This document shows, in pieces, positions 33,748 through 43,087 of a stretch of 64,000 nucleotides of DNA (positions are counted from its first letter, which is position 1; the number at the start of each line of letters is the position of its first letter). This DNA comes from Thermoflexus hugenholtzii (GTDB lineage: Bacteria > Chloroflexota > Anaerolineae > Thermoflexales > Thermoflexaceae), in assembly GCF_018771565.1 (NCBI RefSeq), contig NZ_CP076326.1:2733785-2797784 (forward strand), in the 5' to 3' direction. The notes under the pieces are model-generated. The model did not search any database. It was not told where the DNA came from and saw only the letters and a program-made list of their open reading frames with translations. A program made the position numbers and the translations under genes.

Positions 33748-35067
33748 TTACTTCTTCCCCAGCTCGGCTACGCACTGGTCGGCGGCCTGCTGCATCGCCT
33801 TGGCCGCGTCGGCCGGCTTGAGCGTCCCGGCCATCACTCCCTCCAGGTTCGGGCGCATCGCGTCCCAGGCGCAGCGCATCTCCGGGGCCGCCGGCATCGG
33901 CTTGCCCAGGAGCAGCTGCTCAAAGGAACCCTTCAGGATGGGATCCTTCTGGATGGCCGGATCGTCCTTGAGGGCCTTCAGGGAGGGCAGCCGCTTGAAC
34001 TTCTCGATCCACTTCTTCTGAACATCGACCGAGGTCATGTAGGTCACGAAGGTCCGCACCGCCTCCAGCTTGGCGGGGTCGTTCAGGACGGCCTTGGAGA
34101 CCATCCAGTATTTCCCGCCGGTCATCGGGGTGGGATATTTGCCGGTGGCGGTGACCTTCGGGATGGGCGCCACCCCCAGTTTGTCGCCCAGGACCTGCGC
34201 GTAGCCCCCCAGGGACCAGTCGCCGTTGATGATCATGGCCGCCTTGCCCTCCTTGAAGAGGGTGTCGGCGCAGTTGTAGTCGCACTCCTGGGGCACCACC
34301 TTGTGCTTGAACTTCAGGTCCTGCACGAACTGGAGGGCCCCCACCGTTCCTTCGTTGTCGAAGGACGGCTTGTCGTTCTCATCCAGGGGCCAGGCCCCGA
34401 AGGCGCCCAGCCAGGGAGCCAGCCAGAAGGGCTCGTTCAGGTTGTAGGCGAAGCCCTGAACCTCGCCCTTGGTGAGCTCCTGGGCCAGTTTGATCAGCTC
34501 GTCCGTGTCCTTCGGGGGCTCCTTGACCAGGTCCTTGTTGTAGAGCAGCATCAGGTGGTTGCCGTAGTTATCGGGCACTCCCCAGATCTCCCCCTTCACC
34601 CGGGTGGCGTTCAGGGCCTCAGGGATGAACTGGTCCAGGAAGGCCTTGTCGAAGACGTCGGTGGCCTTGGCGATGATCCCCAGGGCGCTGAAGGGCCCGG
34701 CGAAGTCGTTCGGCACCCGGACCAGCTCGGGGGCTGCCCCGGCCAGGCTGGCCGCCTGGAACTGATCGCGCAGCTCCTCGTTGCCGTAGTGCACCCGCTC
34801 CACCGTGATGTTGGGATGGGCCTTCATGAAATCGGCGACCAGCTCGTCAAGGAAAGCATCCACCTCTTCGTTCTCCTGCTCCCAGAAGGTGATCTTCACC
34901 TTCGGGGCCGCGGTGGGGGTGGGGGCTGGCGCCTGGGTCGGCTGAGGGGGCTGTGTCGGCGCCGGCGCCGCCGTGGGGCTGGGCGTGGCCGCCGGCCCGC
35001 AGGCCGACAGCAGCAGGCCCGCCAGAACGAGGGCCGCCATCACCACGTAGAAACGTCGCGGAACCAT
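33748..35067 (-). CDS. Extracellular solute-binding lipoprotein (family 1, sugar/maltodextrin type)
   Basis: 'MVPRRFYVVMAALVLAGLLLSAC' is a lipobox. A Pro/Thr/Ala linker follows, then 'KITFWEQENEE...WGVPDNYGNHLMLLYNKDL', typical of sugar SBPs. Confidence 0.85.
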   Translation of the reverse strand: MVPRRFYVVMAALVLAGLLLSACGPAATPSPTAAPAPTQPPQPTQAPAPTPTAAPKVKITFWEQENEEVDAFLDELVADFMKAHPNITVERVHYGNEELRDQFQAASLAGAAPELVRVPNDFAGPFSALGIIAKATDVFDKAFLDQFIPEALNATRVKGEIWGVPDNYGNHLMLLYNKDLVKEPPKDTDELIKLAQELTKGEVQGFAYNLNEPFWLAPWLGAFGAWPLDENDKPSFDNEGTVGALQFVQDLKFKHKVVPQECDYNCADTLFKEGKAAMIINGDWSLGGYAQVLGDKLGVAPIPKVTATGKYPTPMTGGKYWMVSKAVLNDPAKLEAVRTFVTYMTSVDVQKKWIEKFKRLPSLKALKDDPAIQKDPILKGSFEQLLLGKPMPAAPEMRCAWDAMRPNLEGVMAGTLKPADAAKAMQQAADQCVAELGKK

Positions 35068-35139
35068 CTTCCACCTCCCTGTGAAAATCTCCCGTCTCAG
35101 GGACACCCCGAAGGGCGCCCCTGGGGCCGGCTCCGGTCG

Positions 35140-36150
35140 TCAGCGATCGGATCCGTGTGGCGCGGGGCCGGTGGAGCCTCGCACCACCAGCCGGGCGGGG
35201 ATCAGGACCCGGGCGGGCGGGGCCTCCGGCTCCTGCAGCCGGCGGGCCAGGGCCTCCGCCGCCGCCTCCGCGATCCGCTCCACATAGAGATTGATGGTGG
35301 TCAGCGGGGGATCCGCCAGCGCCGCCAGCGGGGAATCCGAACACCCGATCACCGAGACGTCCTGCGGGATACGCAGGCCCCACTCCTTCAACACCCGCAG
35401 CACCGTGAGGGCCGGGATGTCATGGGTGATGATGGCCGTGATCCGGGGGGACCGCGTCCAGAGCGTTTCCAGCGCCCGCACCGTCCCGGCCTCCGTGCCA
35501 TCGGTCTCCGCCACCCGCTCCGCGTTCTCCTCCAGGCCGTATTCCCGCAACAGCTTCAGGTAGGCGTTGAGACGAATGGCCGAGTAAGCGAAATCCAGGG
35601 GCTCGGCGATGTAAGCGATCCTCCGATGTCCGAGGGCAAGCAGATGCTCCAGGGCCAGCCGGGCCGTCTGCTCGAAATCGGTGTCCACCATATCCATATC
35701 CTCCGGCTCGTCCGGCCGCCCGATGGTCACCACCGGGATGCCCAGCTCCCGTAGAAGGGAGATCCGCTCGTCCCGGCGGCGGACCATCATCAACAACCAT
35801 CCGTCGCAGAGGCCCGCGGCGACGAAGCCCTCGAAGGAAGCCTGATCGTGGCTGATATGAAGGAGGAAGTTGAAGCCGGAGCGACTGATCGCCTGAGCGA
35901 TGGCGCCGAAATACTGGAGGTTCAGGGGGTCGAAGGATTCGGGGGTGAGCAACGCGGAGAGGGCGACGGTGTTCGTGCGGCGGGCGGCCAGGCTCTTGGC
36001 GGCGAAGTTCGGCCGATACTTGAGGCGCTCCACCGCCTCCAGCACCCGCGCCACGGTCTCCGGCTTGAACCGGCCCTTGTTGTTCAGGATGTTGGAGACC
36101 GTGGTGATGGAAACTCCTGCCTCCCGGGCGATGTCATAGATGTTGGGCAT
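35140..36150 (-). CDS. LacI-family transcriptional regulator
   Basis: HTH 'MPNIYDIAREAGVSITTVSNILNNKGRFKPETVARVLEAVERLKYRPN' plus a periplasmic-binding-protein-like core. Confidence 0.9.
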   Translation of the reverse strand: MPNIYDIAREAGVSITTVSNILNNKGRFKPETVARVLEAVERLKYRPNFAAKSLAARRTNTVALSALLTPESFDPLNLQYFGAIAQAISRSGFNFLLHISHDQASFEGFVAAGLCDGWLLMMVRRRDERISLLRELGIPVVTIGRPDEPEDMDMVDTDFEQTARLALEHLLALGHRRIAYIAEPLDFAYSAIRLNAYLKLLREYGLEENAERVAETDGTEAGTVRALETLWTRSPRITAIITHDIPALTVLRVLKEWGLRIPQDVSVIGCSDSPLAALADPPLTTINLYVERIAEAAAEALARRLQEPEAPPARVLIPARLVVRGSTGPAPHGSDR

Positions 36151-36205
36151 GCGCCCTCCCCCAGAGGCCTTGCCAACCCACCCCAACAGGCAGGAAAAAC
36201 TTTAA

Positions 36206-36219
36206 GTAAAGCGCTTTAC
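36206..36219. promoter_or_regulatory. LacI-type operator palindrome
   Basis: Perfect 14-bp palindrome GTAAAGCGCTTTAC, 56 nt upstream of the LacI-family gene that heads the sugar ABC operon. The central CG is as in LacI/CcpA-type operators. Confidence 0.55.
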
Positions 36220-36408
36220 AAAAGCGATTTCATTATATTCGGATTCGGAAACGGTGTCAAGGGGAGCTGCAGGTCCCTGGAGGGGACTGGGGTGGGGCAT
36301 GTCCGGGGGATCCGCAGATCGCCCGCGGGCGGGGCGTCCGGACGGGAAGTTGTCGAGCCTCCGGGGATCGCGTATACTCGAGGGGACAATCCCGAGAGGG
36401 ACGCGGCG

Positions 36409-36756
36409 ATGGCGGAAGCGGCTTCTCGAAAAGGACGGCGGGGACGCCGGCGGAGCAATCCGCTGGAGCGCTACGCAGCGGATATCCTGGCCAAGCAGCT
36501 CTTCCTGGAGGACCTGGCGATGGCCGCAGTGGATTTCGACACTCTGGCGGCCTATTATCCGGAGCTCACCCCGGAGCAGCTGCGCGGGCGTCTGGGCATC
36601 GCCACCAAGCGGGCGCTGTTAGAGGACGTGGCGGACATCGTCCTGGAGCCCGCGGAGGATGAAGAAGGCAACGCGGAGCAGATGCGCCTGAACATCCTGG
36701 ATCTGGAGCGCTTCGCAGAGATCGTTCACGAGGAGATGACCGTGGAGGTGATGTAG
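36409..36756 (+). CDS. Hypothetical acidic protein
   Basis: 115 aa ('MAEAASRKGRRGRRRSNPLERYAADILAKQLFLEDL...'), with good GC3-style codon usage. The part of ORF 35848..36756 upstream of this start is antisense to the lacI-family gene. Confidence 0.4.
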   Translation: MAEAASRKGRRGRRRSNPLERYAADILAKQLFLEDLAMAAVDFDTLAAYYPELTPEQLRGRLGIATKRALLEDVADIVLEPAEDEEGNAEQMRLNILDLERFAEIVHEEMTVEVM

Positions 36757-36912
36757 GAGGCGCCCGCTCTCCTCATCCTGCGGGTCAGGGATCCTCCCCG
36801 TCACGGATCCCCGCCGACGGGATCGCCCCGCAAGCCCAGGAGAGCCGGCCGGATGCCCGGCCGGCTCTCTTCTCTCAAGGGGATCCGTCTCCGTTCTGCA
36901 GCGCATCGTCAT

Positions 36913-38235
36913 TTATTTCACCCGCCTGGAGTGAAACTCATGACGGGCTGCTTCCTGCTTCATCGACCCATGGCTCGTAGACCGGGCCTTGCCCGTTCCG
37001 CCGCCAGAGGGATCTCCACAGGCGTCACTTCCCGGGGAACTCCCGGTAGGGCCTTTCAGGGCGGCCAACCCAAAACGACGCAGGTTGAGGGCCGCGTTGA
37101 GATCCCGATCCACCTTCAGCCCGCACGCCCCACAGCGAAACACCCGCTGGGACAGCGGCAACGTGGGAGCAACCCAGCCGCAGCGCGAGCACCGCTTCGT
37201 GGACGGGAAATCCCGCGGCGCAATGAGGAGCACGGCCCCATACCAGGCGCACTTATACTCCAGCATCCGCCGGAAGGCCCCCCACCCCACATCCAGAATG
37301 GCCCGGGAAAGGCTCCCGTTCCGCGCCAGGCCCCGCACGTTCAGGTCCTCCACCACCAGAACCGGCTTGGCTTTCGCCAGCTCCGTGGTGACCTTGTGCA
37401 GGAAGTCCCGGCGGATGTTCCGAACCCGGCGGTGTAGCCGGGCCAGACGCAGGGCCGCCTTCTCATAGTTGCGAGAGAAAACCGTCCGCCTCCGCTCCTC
37501 CCCCGTCTCCGGGTCTTGTTCCACCACCGTCCGCTTCTGCTTGCGGGAGAGCTGCCTCGAACGCCGCTTCAAAAGCCGCAAGGCCCTCTCCAGAGGCTTC
37601 GGGGCCTCCATCCGCGCTCCATCCGACAGCACGGCAAAAGCCTCCAGCCCCACGTCGATGCCCACCACATCCTCCGGTCCCCGGACCTCCCGGGGCTCGG
37701 GATCCGGGCGCTCCACCTCACAGGTCAGGCTCACAAACCAGCGATCCGCCTCTCGGGAGATGGTCGCCGAGAGGATGCGGGCCTTCCCGGACTGAAGGAG
37801 CTCCAGGAGCTGGTCCGTCCGCTCCTTGGTGCGGACCTTGCCGATGCGAGGGAGCTGCACGTGCCGAGGAGTGACCCGGATGGAGCCGGTCAGCCGGGCC
37901 TTGTTGTCCGCCAGAGCCTTCTTGCGCTTGAAGCGGGGGAAGCCGGCCCGGCCCTCCCGCCAGTTGCGAACGGCCCGCTCCAGATCCCGGAAGGCCTCCT
38001 GAGGAGCGCACTTGGACACCTCCACCCACCAGGGGGCGTGCTTCCGCTTCCACTCGTTCCAGTCCTTGTGGAGGTCCACCGCCGAGGGGATCTGCTCGCC
38101 GCGCGCTTGGGCTTCCAAACAGCGGGTCAGGCCCCAGTTGTAGGCGAAGCGGGCGGCGCCCACGTGCTTCGCCAGGGCGATCCGGGCCTCCCGGTTGGGG
38201 TCCAGCTCGAAGCGGAACGCCTGCTTTACTTGCAT
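36913..38235 (-). CDS. tnpB: TnpB (OrfB) RuvC-like RNA-guided endonuclease family protein
   Basis: 'MQVKQAFRFELDPN...ARFAYNWGL' at the N-terminus. The RuvC motifs include 'VGIDVGL' and 'VVVEDLNVRGL'. The zinc ribbon reads 'STKRCSRCGW...FRCGACGLKVDRDLNAALNL'. Confidence 0.9.
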   Translation of the reverse strand: MQVKQAFRFELDPNREARIALAKHVGAARFAYNWGLTRCLEAQARGEQIPSAVDLHKDWNEWKRKHAPWWVEVSKCAPQEAFRDLERAVRNWREGRAGFPRFKRKKALADNKARLTGSIRVTPRHVQLPRIGKVRTKERTDQLLELLQSGKARILSATISREADRWFVSLTCEVERPDPEPREVRGPEDVVGIDVGLEAFAVLSDGARMEAPKPLERALRLLKRRSRQLSRKQKRTVVEQDPETGEERRRTVFSRNYEKAALRLARLHRRVRNIRRDFLHKVTTELAKAKPVLVVEDLNVRGLARNGSLSRAILDVGWGAFRRMLEYKCAWYGAVLLIAPRDFPSTKRCSRCGWVAPTLPLSQRVFRCGACGLKVDRDLNAALNLRRFGLAALKGPTGSSPGSDACGDPSGGGTGKARSTSHGSMKQEAARHEFHSRRVK

Positions 38236-38786
38236 CCAGTTGCCTCCCATGCTGGCTGGGCTCGTCTCCTGGCCGACCGACGCCCATCCAGACGCCCGCA
38301 GGCCGAGGTGAGGATCTCCAGGACGTCTTGCGCCAGGTCGTCTGTCACTTCCCCCTCCTCTATGACAACAACATGTCGCCCCGAAGCGGCCATAGCCGCT
38401 TCCAGCAAGTCAAATCCGAACCGGGCCAGCCGATCGCGATGCTCCACGACAATCCGAACCACCTGGGGATCCCGCAGGATCCGTAGAAGTTTCTTTCGTT
38501 TTCCGTTCAGCCCGAAGCCGATTTCGGTCGCCGCTTTAACCTCTGTCCAACCTTGTTCTTGGGCAAAGGCCTGAAGGCGTTGAACTTGCCGTTCCAGATC
38601 CTCTTTCTGGTCAGCGGAGGACACTCGGGCATAAAGCACGGTGATACCTTCTGGGTGAGGCGCTTCTACCCAGATGGTCCCAGCAGGCAATGGGCGGGCA
38701 GGGACAGGAAGCTTTCCTGCCCGAAACCACCGCCAGGCGGTGATATCGCTTATCCCCTGCTGACGAGCCCAATCCGAGAGTTTCAT
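38226..38786 (-). CDS. tnpA: IS607-family serine recombinase TnpA (MerR-like HTH plus resolvase catalytic domain)
   Basis: 'MKLSDWARQQGISDITAWRWFRAGKLP' is the HTH. 'VLYARVSSADQKEDLERQ' holds the catalytic Ser. 'IVVEHRDRLARFGF' is also present. Confidence 0.9.
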   Translation of the reverse strand: MKLSDWARQQGISDITAWRWFRAGKLPVPARPLPAGTIWVEAPHPEGITVLYARVSSADQKEDLERQVQRLQAFAQEQGWTEVKAATEIGFGLNGKRKKLLRILRDPQVVRIVVEHRDRLARFGFDLLEAAMAASGRHVVVIEEGEVTDDLAQDVLEILTSACGRLDGRRSARRRAQPAWEATGCK

Positions 38787-38838
38787 GGCCGAAATAAATG
38801 ATAATAAAATTGTCAACAGTTGTCAACCCCCTGGCCTC

Positions 38839-39234
38839 TCATGGAAGGGTGATCTGAACCGAGGTGATCTGAGTGAGGTCGTTATGCTGATACTGGATGT
38901 TCACCGTCAACCCATCTTTCTGGAAAAGCAGGTTCCCCACCTGGCCGTATTGAGCCGGCGCTCCCAGGACCTGCCATCCGTTCTCCTGCATCCGGCTTTT
39001 GTAGAACTCGATCAACTCCTGAACACCCATCCGGGTATCAAAAGCGATCCGCGCGGAGGTCACATCCAGGTTGAAGGCATCCGGGGGAAGGGGAAGATCC
39101 GGCCGGATGGTCGGGGTGGGTCGCACAACCTGCCCCGGAGGGGCAGGGGTGGGAGAAACCGCCGGACGGGCGCAGGCGAGGACCCACCCCGAAAGCATGA
39201 GCATCAGTCCCAGAAGATACCCATGTCCACGCAT
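38839..39234 (-). CDS. Small lipoprotein, unknown function
   Basis: 'MRGHGYLLGLMLMLSGWVLAC' is a lipobox, followed by a Pro-rich linker and a ~90 aa domain. Start cat at 39232..39234. Confidence 0.6.
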   Translation of the reverse strand: MRGHGYLLGLMLMLSGWVLACARPAVSPTPAPPGQVVRPTPTIRPDLPLPPDAFNLDVTSARIAFDTRMGVQELIEFYKSRMQENGWQVLGAPAQYGQVGNLLFQKDGLTVNIQYQHNDLTQITSVQITLP

Positions 39235-39427
39235 ATCTGCCTCCTGTGCGGGGGATTCGAGATCTCCCGCGGACACGGCCTGGCCCTTCCATGTCCTTGT
39301 CCTCCGGGAGCCAACGCGCTGAGGCCGTGATCTTCCCATAGAATAATAACTCAGGTTGTTCCTGGGGACGTGCGCGCTCGCGGGGCGGCCCCGGGGCCTC
39401 TGATCCTCTGAGGGGAGGACGCAAGGA

Positions 39428-39829
39428 ATGCCTGTGCTGCTGATCCTGCACAGCGTCTGGCGATGGGCGGTCTTGATCGTCGCCCTCCTCGCCCTTTACG
39501 GGCTGATCCGCTCGCGGCGGGAAGATCCCATGCCCGCCGTCGTGGGATATGCCGTCCGCTGGTATCCTGTGGTCCTGGACATCCAGGTCGCTCTGGGGAT
39601 CCTGCTCTGGCTGGCCCAGCGGTGGGGCGCGGTGCCCCTCACGCCGATCCAGGTGATCCATCCGGTTTGGGGGCTGCTGGCGGCGGGGGCGGCCCACGGG
39701 GCTGCGGCTTTCCGGGAGCGGGAGAACCCGGCCCGGGCCCGGGGGATGCTGGCCGCCTACGGCCTCTCGCTGCTCCTGGTGTTCATCGCCCTGGCCAGCG
39801 TGGGGGCCTTCCCCTTCGGGCGACGCTGA
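39428..39829 (+). CDS. Integral membrane protein, four predicted TM helices, unknown function
   Basis: Four hydrophobic stretches, for example 'WAVLIVALLALYGLI' and 'LAAYGLSLLLVFIALASVG'. Confidence 0.55.
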   Translation: MPVLLILHSVWRWAVLIVALLALYGLIRSRREDPMPAVVGYAVRWYPVVLDIQVALGILLWLAQRWGAVPLTPIQVIHPVWGLLAAGAAHGAAAFRERENPARARGMLAAYGLSLLLVFIALASVGAFPFGRR

Positions 39830-39877
39830 GGTGAGATTCCACCTGCTCTGCCGACCGCAAACGCGGAGGAGCCCACC

Positions 39878-40348
39878 GTGCGTGTCCTGGTCCAGCGCGT
39901 CCGTCAGGGAGCGGTCCACGTAGGGGGGGAGACCGTGGCCCGGATCGGCCCGGGGGTGGTGTTGCTGGTGGGCGTGACCCACACGGACACGCCCGCGGAG
40001 GCCGAATGGCTGGCCAAGAAGGTGGCCCACCTGCGGATCTTCGAGGACGAGGCCGGGAAGATGAACCGCTCGCTGAAGGATGTGGGCGGGGAGGCGCTGG
40101 TGGTCTCCCAGTTCACCCTTTATGCGGACCCGTATGAGGGACGCCGCCCCAGCTTCATCCACGCCGCCCCGCCGGAGCACGCCCGACCCCTCATCGAGCG
40201 CTTCGCCGATGCCCTCCGCGCCGAGGGCATCCCGGTTCAGATGGGGGTTTTCGGGGCCCATATGCTGGTGGAGATCCACAACGATGGCCCGGTCACCATC
40301 TGGCTGGAGCGCGCCGCCCCGGAGCCCCCGGCGTCCGGACGCCCGTGA
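39878..40348 (+). CDS. dtd: D-aminoacyl-tRNA deacylase
   Basis: 'MRVLVQRV..GAV.V.GE.V..IG.G.VLLVGV.H.D', '[22 protein letters not shown]' and 'GRRPSF' are present. GTG start after GGAGGAG. Confidence 0.9.
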   Translation: MRVLVQRVRQGAVHVGGETVARIGPGVVLLVGVTHTDTPAEAEWLAKKVAHLRIFEDEAGKMNRSLKDVGGEALVVSQFTLYADPYEGRRPSFIHAAPPEHARPLIERFADALRAEGIPVQMGVFGAHMLVEIHNDGPVTIWLERAAPEPPASGRP

Positions 40349-40408
40349 AGGACGGACCCGGGTCGCCGGGCGCCTCCGCATCCCCATCCCCCGGGGGGAG
40401 ATATCTGG

Positions 40409-41947
40409 ATGAGCGCCCTGTCTCGCATCGTCCGCGCGGCGGGCCTGCTGACCGTCGCCTATCTGGCGAACGGCCTGCTGGCCCTCCTCCGCCAGATCCT
40501 GATCTACGCAACGTTCGGCACCTCCCGGGAGCTGGATGCTTACTGGGCGGCCTTCCGGATCCCGGATCTCCTGTTCACGCTGCTGGCGGGGGGCGCGTTG
40601 ATCTCCGCCTTCCTGCCCGTCTTCACCACCCACCTCGCCCGGGGGCAGGAGGAGGCGGCCTGGCAGCTGGCCGGCGCGGTGCTCACCAGCGTGGCCCTGG
40701 TGGTCAGCGGCCTCTCCGTGCTGGCCGGCCTGCTCGCCCCCACCCTGGTCCGTCTCCTGCTGGCCCCGGGGGTCCCGCCCGCGCAGCAACAGCTCACCGC
40801 CTCCCTGATGCGCGTGATGCTGATCACGCCGACGGTGTTCGGGGTGAGCGGGGTGGTGATGGGCATCCTGCAGGCCCATCAGCAGTTCCTCTGGATCGCC
40901 CTGGCCCCCCTGATGTATAACCTGGGCATCATCTTCGGGGTGCTGTTCCTGACGCCCATCTGGGGGGTGCACGGGCTGGCCGGAGGGGTGGTGCTGGGCT
41001 CGGCGCTCCATCTCCTGGTCCAGGCGCCGGGATGGCGGAGGGTGCGCGGGCGATATCGGCCCCGGCTGGGCTGGCGCGACCCGGACGTCCGTGAGGTCAT
41101 GGTCCTGATGGCTCCCCGGATGCTGGGCCTGGCCGCGGTGCAGGTCAACTTCCTGGTCAACACCCGCCTGGTCTCCGGTCTGGGGGCCGGGTATCTGGCG
41201 GCGCTGAACCTGGCCTGGCAGCTGATGTTGCAGCCGCAGATCGTGCTGGCCCAGGCGGTGGCCACGGCGGCTTTCCCCACCTTCTCGACTCTGGCCGCCC
41301 GGGGCGAGCGGGAGGCCCTGCGCCGGACCCTGGCGGAGACCCTCGGGCTCCTGCTGGGGGCGACGCTCCCCATCGCGGCAGGGATGATCCTTCTGCGGCG
41401 GCCGCTGATCGCCGTCCTCTTCCAGCGAGGGGCTTTCGGGGAGGCCTCGACGGAGCTCACCGCCCAGGCGCTGCAGTTTTACGCCCTGGGCCTTCCGGCC
41501 CACGCGGCCGTGGAGGTCCTGGCGCGGGCCTTCTACGCCCTTCACGACACCCGCACGCCGGTGGGGATCGGGGTGGCCGCGATGACCCTCAACGTCCTGC
41601 TCAGCCTGGCCTGGATCGGCCCCCTCCGGCATGGGGGGGTGGCCCTGGCCAACACGGTGGCCACCACCCTGGAGGGCGCGCTGCTGCTGGGGCTCCTGGC
41701 CCGGCGGCTGGAGGGAATGGAAGTCCACCGATGGGGGCGTTCGGTGGGGCCGGTGGCCATCGCGACGCTGGCGATGGGCCTGGTGCTGTGGCCGATGGCG
41801 CCGTGGGCAGCCCACCATGGATGGCTCGGGCTGGCGCTGGCCGGGCTCGCCGGCGCGGGGGCCTACGGCCTGACCCTCCATGGCCTGGGCGTCCCCTGGG
41901 TGCGCTGGCTGCGCCACTGGCGCGCCCGGTCTGCCCACAAGGCATGA
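40409..41947 (+). CDS. murJ: Lipid II flippase MurJ (MviN family)
   Basis: 'ANGLLALLRQILIYATFGTSRELDAYWAAFRIPDLLFTLLAGGALISAFLPVF' is the typical MurJ N-terminus. About 14 TM segments. Confidence 0.85.
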   Translation: MSALSRIVRAAGLLTVAYLANGLLALLRQILIYATFGTSRELDAYWAAFRIPDLLFTLLAGGALISAFLPVFTTHLARGQEEAAWQLAGAVLTSVALVVSGLSVLAGLLAPTLVRLLLAPGVPPAQQQLTASLMRVMLITPTVFGVSGVVMGILQAHQQFLWIALAPLMYNLGIIFGVLFLTPIWGVHGLAGGVVLGSALHLLVQAPGWRRVRGRYRPRLGWRDPDVREVMVLMAPRMLGLAAVQVNFLVNTRLVSGLGAGYLAALNLAWQLMLQPQIVLAQAVATAAFPTFSTLAARGEREALRRTLAETLGLLLGATLPIAAGMILLRRPLIAVLFQRGAFGEASTELTAQALQFYALGLPAHAAVEVLARAFYALHDTRTPVGIGVAAMTLNVLLSLAWIGPLRHGGVALANTVATTLEGALLLGLLARRLEGMEVHRWGRSVGPVAIATLAMGLVLWPMAPWAAHHGWLGLALAGLAGAGAYGLTLHGLGVPWVRWLRHWRARSAHKA

Positions 41948-41970
41948 AATACGACGCGGAGGGAGGGAAC

Positions 41971-43080
41971 ATGATCGTCGAGCGTGTGGAGCTCCGGGTG
42001 ATCCAGATGCCCCTGAAGGAGCCTTTCGAGACCTCCTTCGGGCGGGAGTATCTGCGGGAGGCCATCCTGGTCACCGTGTATGCCGATGGCCTGGAGGGAT
42101 GGGGCGAGGTGGTGGCTTCCCGGGATTTCGGGTATTCCTATGAGACCACGGAGACCGCCTGGTATGTGCTGCGGACCTTCCTGATCCCGGCGGTGCTGGG
42201 GCGGGAGATCCCGGATGTGGAGACCGTGGCCCGCATCGGGGAGCGGCTCCGGGGACATCCCATGGCCCGGGCCGGGTTGGAGGCCGCCTTCTGGGATCTC
42301 TTCGCCCGCCAGGCGGGCCTGCCCCTCGCCCGTTACCTCGGCGGCGTTCGCGATCGGATCCCGGTGGGGGTGAGCATCGGGCTCCAGCCCAGCGACGCCG
42401 AGCTGCTGGAGAAGATCCGGGGCTATTTGGAAGAGGGATACCGCCGGATCAAGGTGAAGATCAAGCCGGGCCGCGATGTGGAGATGATCGCCGCCATCCG
42501 CCGGGCCTTCCCGGAGATCCCCCTCATGGCTGACGCCAACTCCGCCTACACCCTGGAGGACGCCGATCGCCTGGCCGCGCTGGACGAATTCGGGCTGATG
42601 ATGATCGAGCAGCCCCTTCACTGGGATGACCTGTATGAGCACGCGCTCCTGCAGGCTCGCCTGCGCACGCCCCTCTGTCTGGACGAAAGCATCCACAGCG
42701 TCCGCCACGCCCGCGCGGCTCTGGAGCTGGGGTCCTGCCGGATCATCAACATCAAGCCCGGGCGGGTGGGCGGCCTGCTGGAGGCGCGGCGGATCCACGA
42801 TCTCTGCCATGCCCGGGGCGTCCCGGTGTGGTGCGGGGGGATGCTGGAGACCGGCATCGGGCGGGCGGCCAACGTCGCCCTGGCCTCCCTCCCCGGTTTC
42901 ACCCTCCCGGGAGATCTCTCGGCCAGCGACCGGTATTACCACGAGGATCTGATCGACCCGCCTTTCGTCCTTCAGCCCGATGGGACGCTGGCGGTGCCTA
43001 CTGGGCCCGGCCTGGGGGTGGCCGTCGACCGCCGGCGGGTCGATCGGGTAACCGTGCGGATGGAGGCCTTCCGCCCTTGA
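41971..43080 (+). CDS. menC: Enolase-superfamily enzyme: o-succinylbenzoate synthase / N-acylamino-acid racemase type
   Basis: 'RIKVKIKPGRD', 'LMADANSAY', 'MIEQPL', 'LCLDES' and 'INIKPGRVGG' give the KxK and D-E-D metal and acid/base pattern of the MenC/NAAAR subgroup. ATG 41971 follows GGAGGGAGGG. Confidence 0.75.
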   Translation: MIVERVELRVIQMPLKEPFETSFGREYLREAILVTVYADGLEGWGEVVASRDFGYSYETTETAWYVLRTFLIPAVLGREIPDVETVARIGERLRGHPMARAGLEAAFWDLFARQAGLPLARYLGGVRDRIPVGVSIGLQPSDAELLEKIRGYLEEGYRRIKVKIKPGRDVEMIAAIRRAFPEIPLMADANSAYTLEDADRLAALDEFGLMMIEQPLHWDDLYEHALLQARLRTPLCLDESIHSVRHARAALELGSCRIINIKPGRVGGLLEARRIHDLCHARGVPVWCGGMLETGIGRAANVALASLPGFTLPGDLSASDRYYHEDLIDPPFVLQPDGTLAVPTGPGLGVAVDRRRVDRVTVRMEAFRP

Positions 43081-43087
43081 GGCCCTT

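Larger units (their letters stand above)
36780..38835 (-). mobile_element. IS607-family insertion sequence (tnpA serine recombinase plus tnpB); ends approximate
   Basis: Overlapping tnpA and tnpB gene pair. An AT-rich left end has the tandem repeat TTGTCAAC (38810..38817 and 38820..38827). About 130 nt of non-coding sequence follow the tnpB stop. No terminal inverted repeats were seen, as expected for IS607. Confidence 0.7.

Noticed and set aside
39038-41938. 966-aa minus-strand ORF across dtd and murJ
   Set aside because: It is antisense to two well-supported genes, it also crosses an intergenic region, and it has no motifs. It is an artefact.
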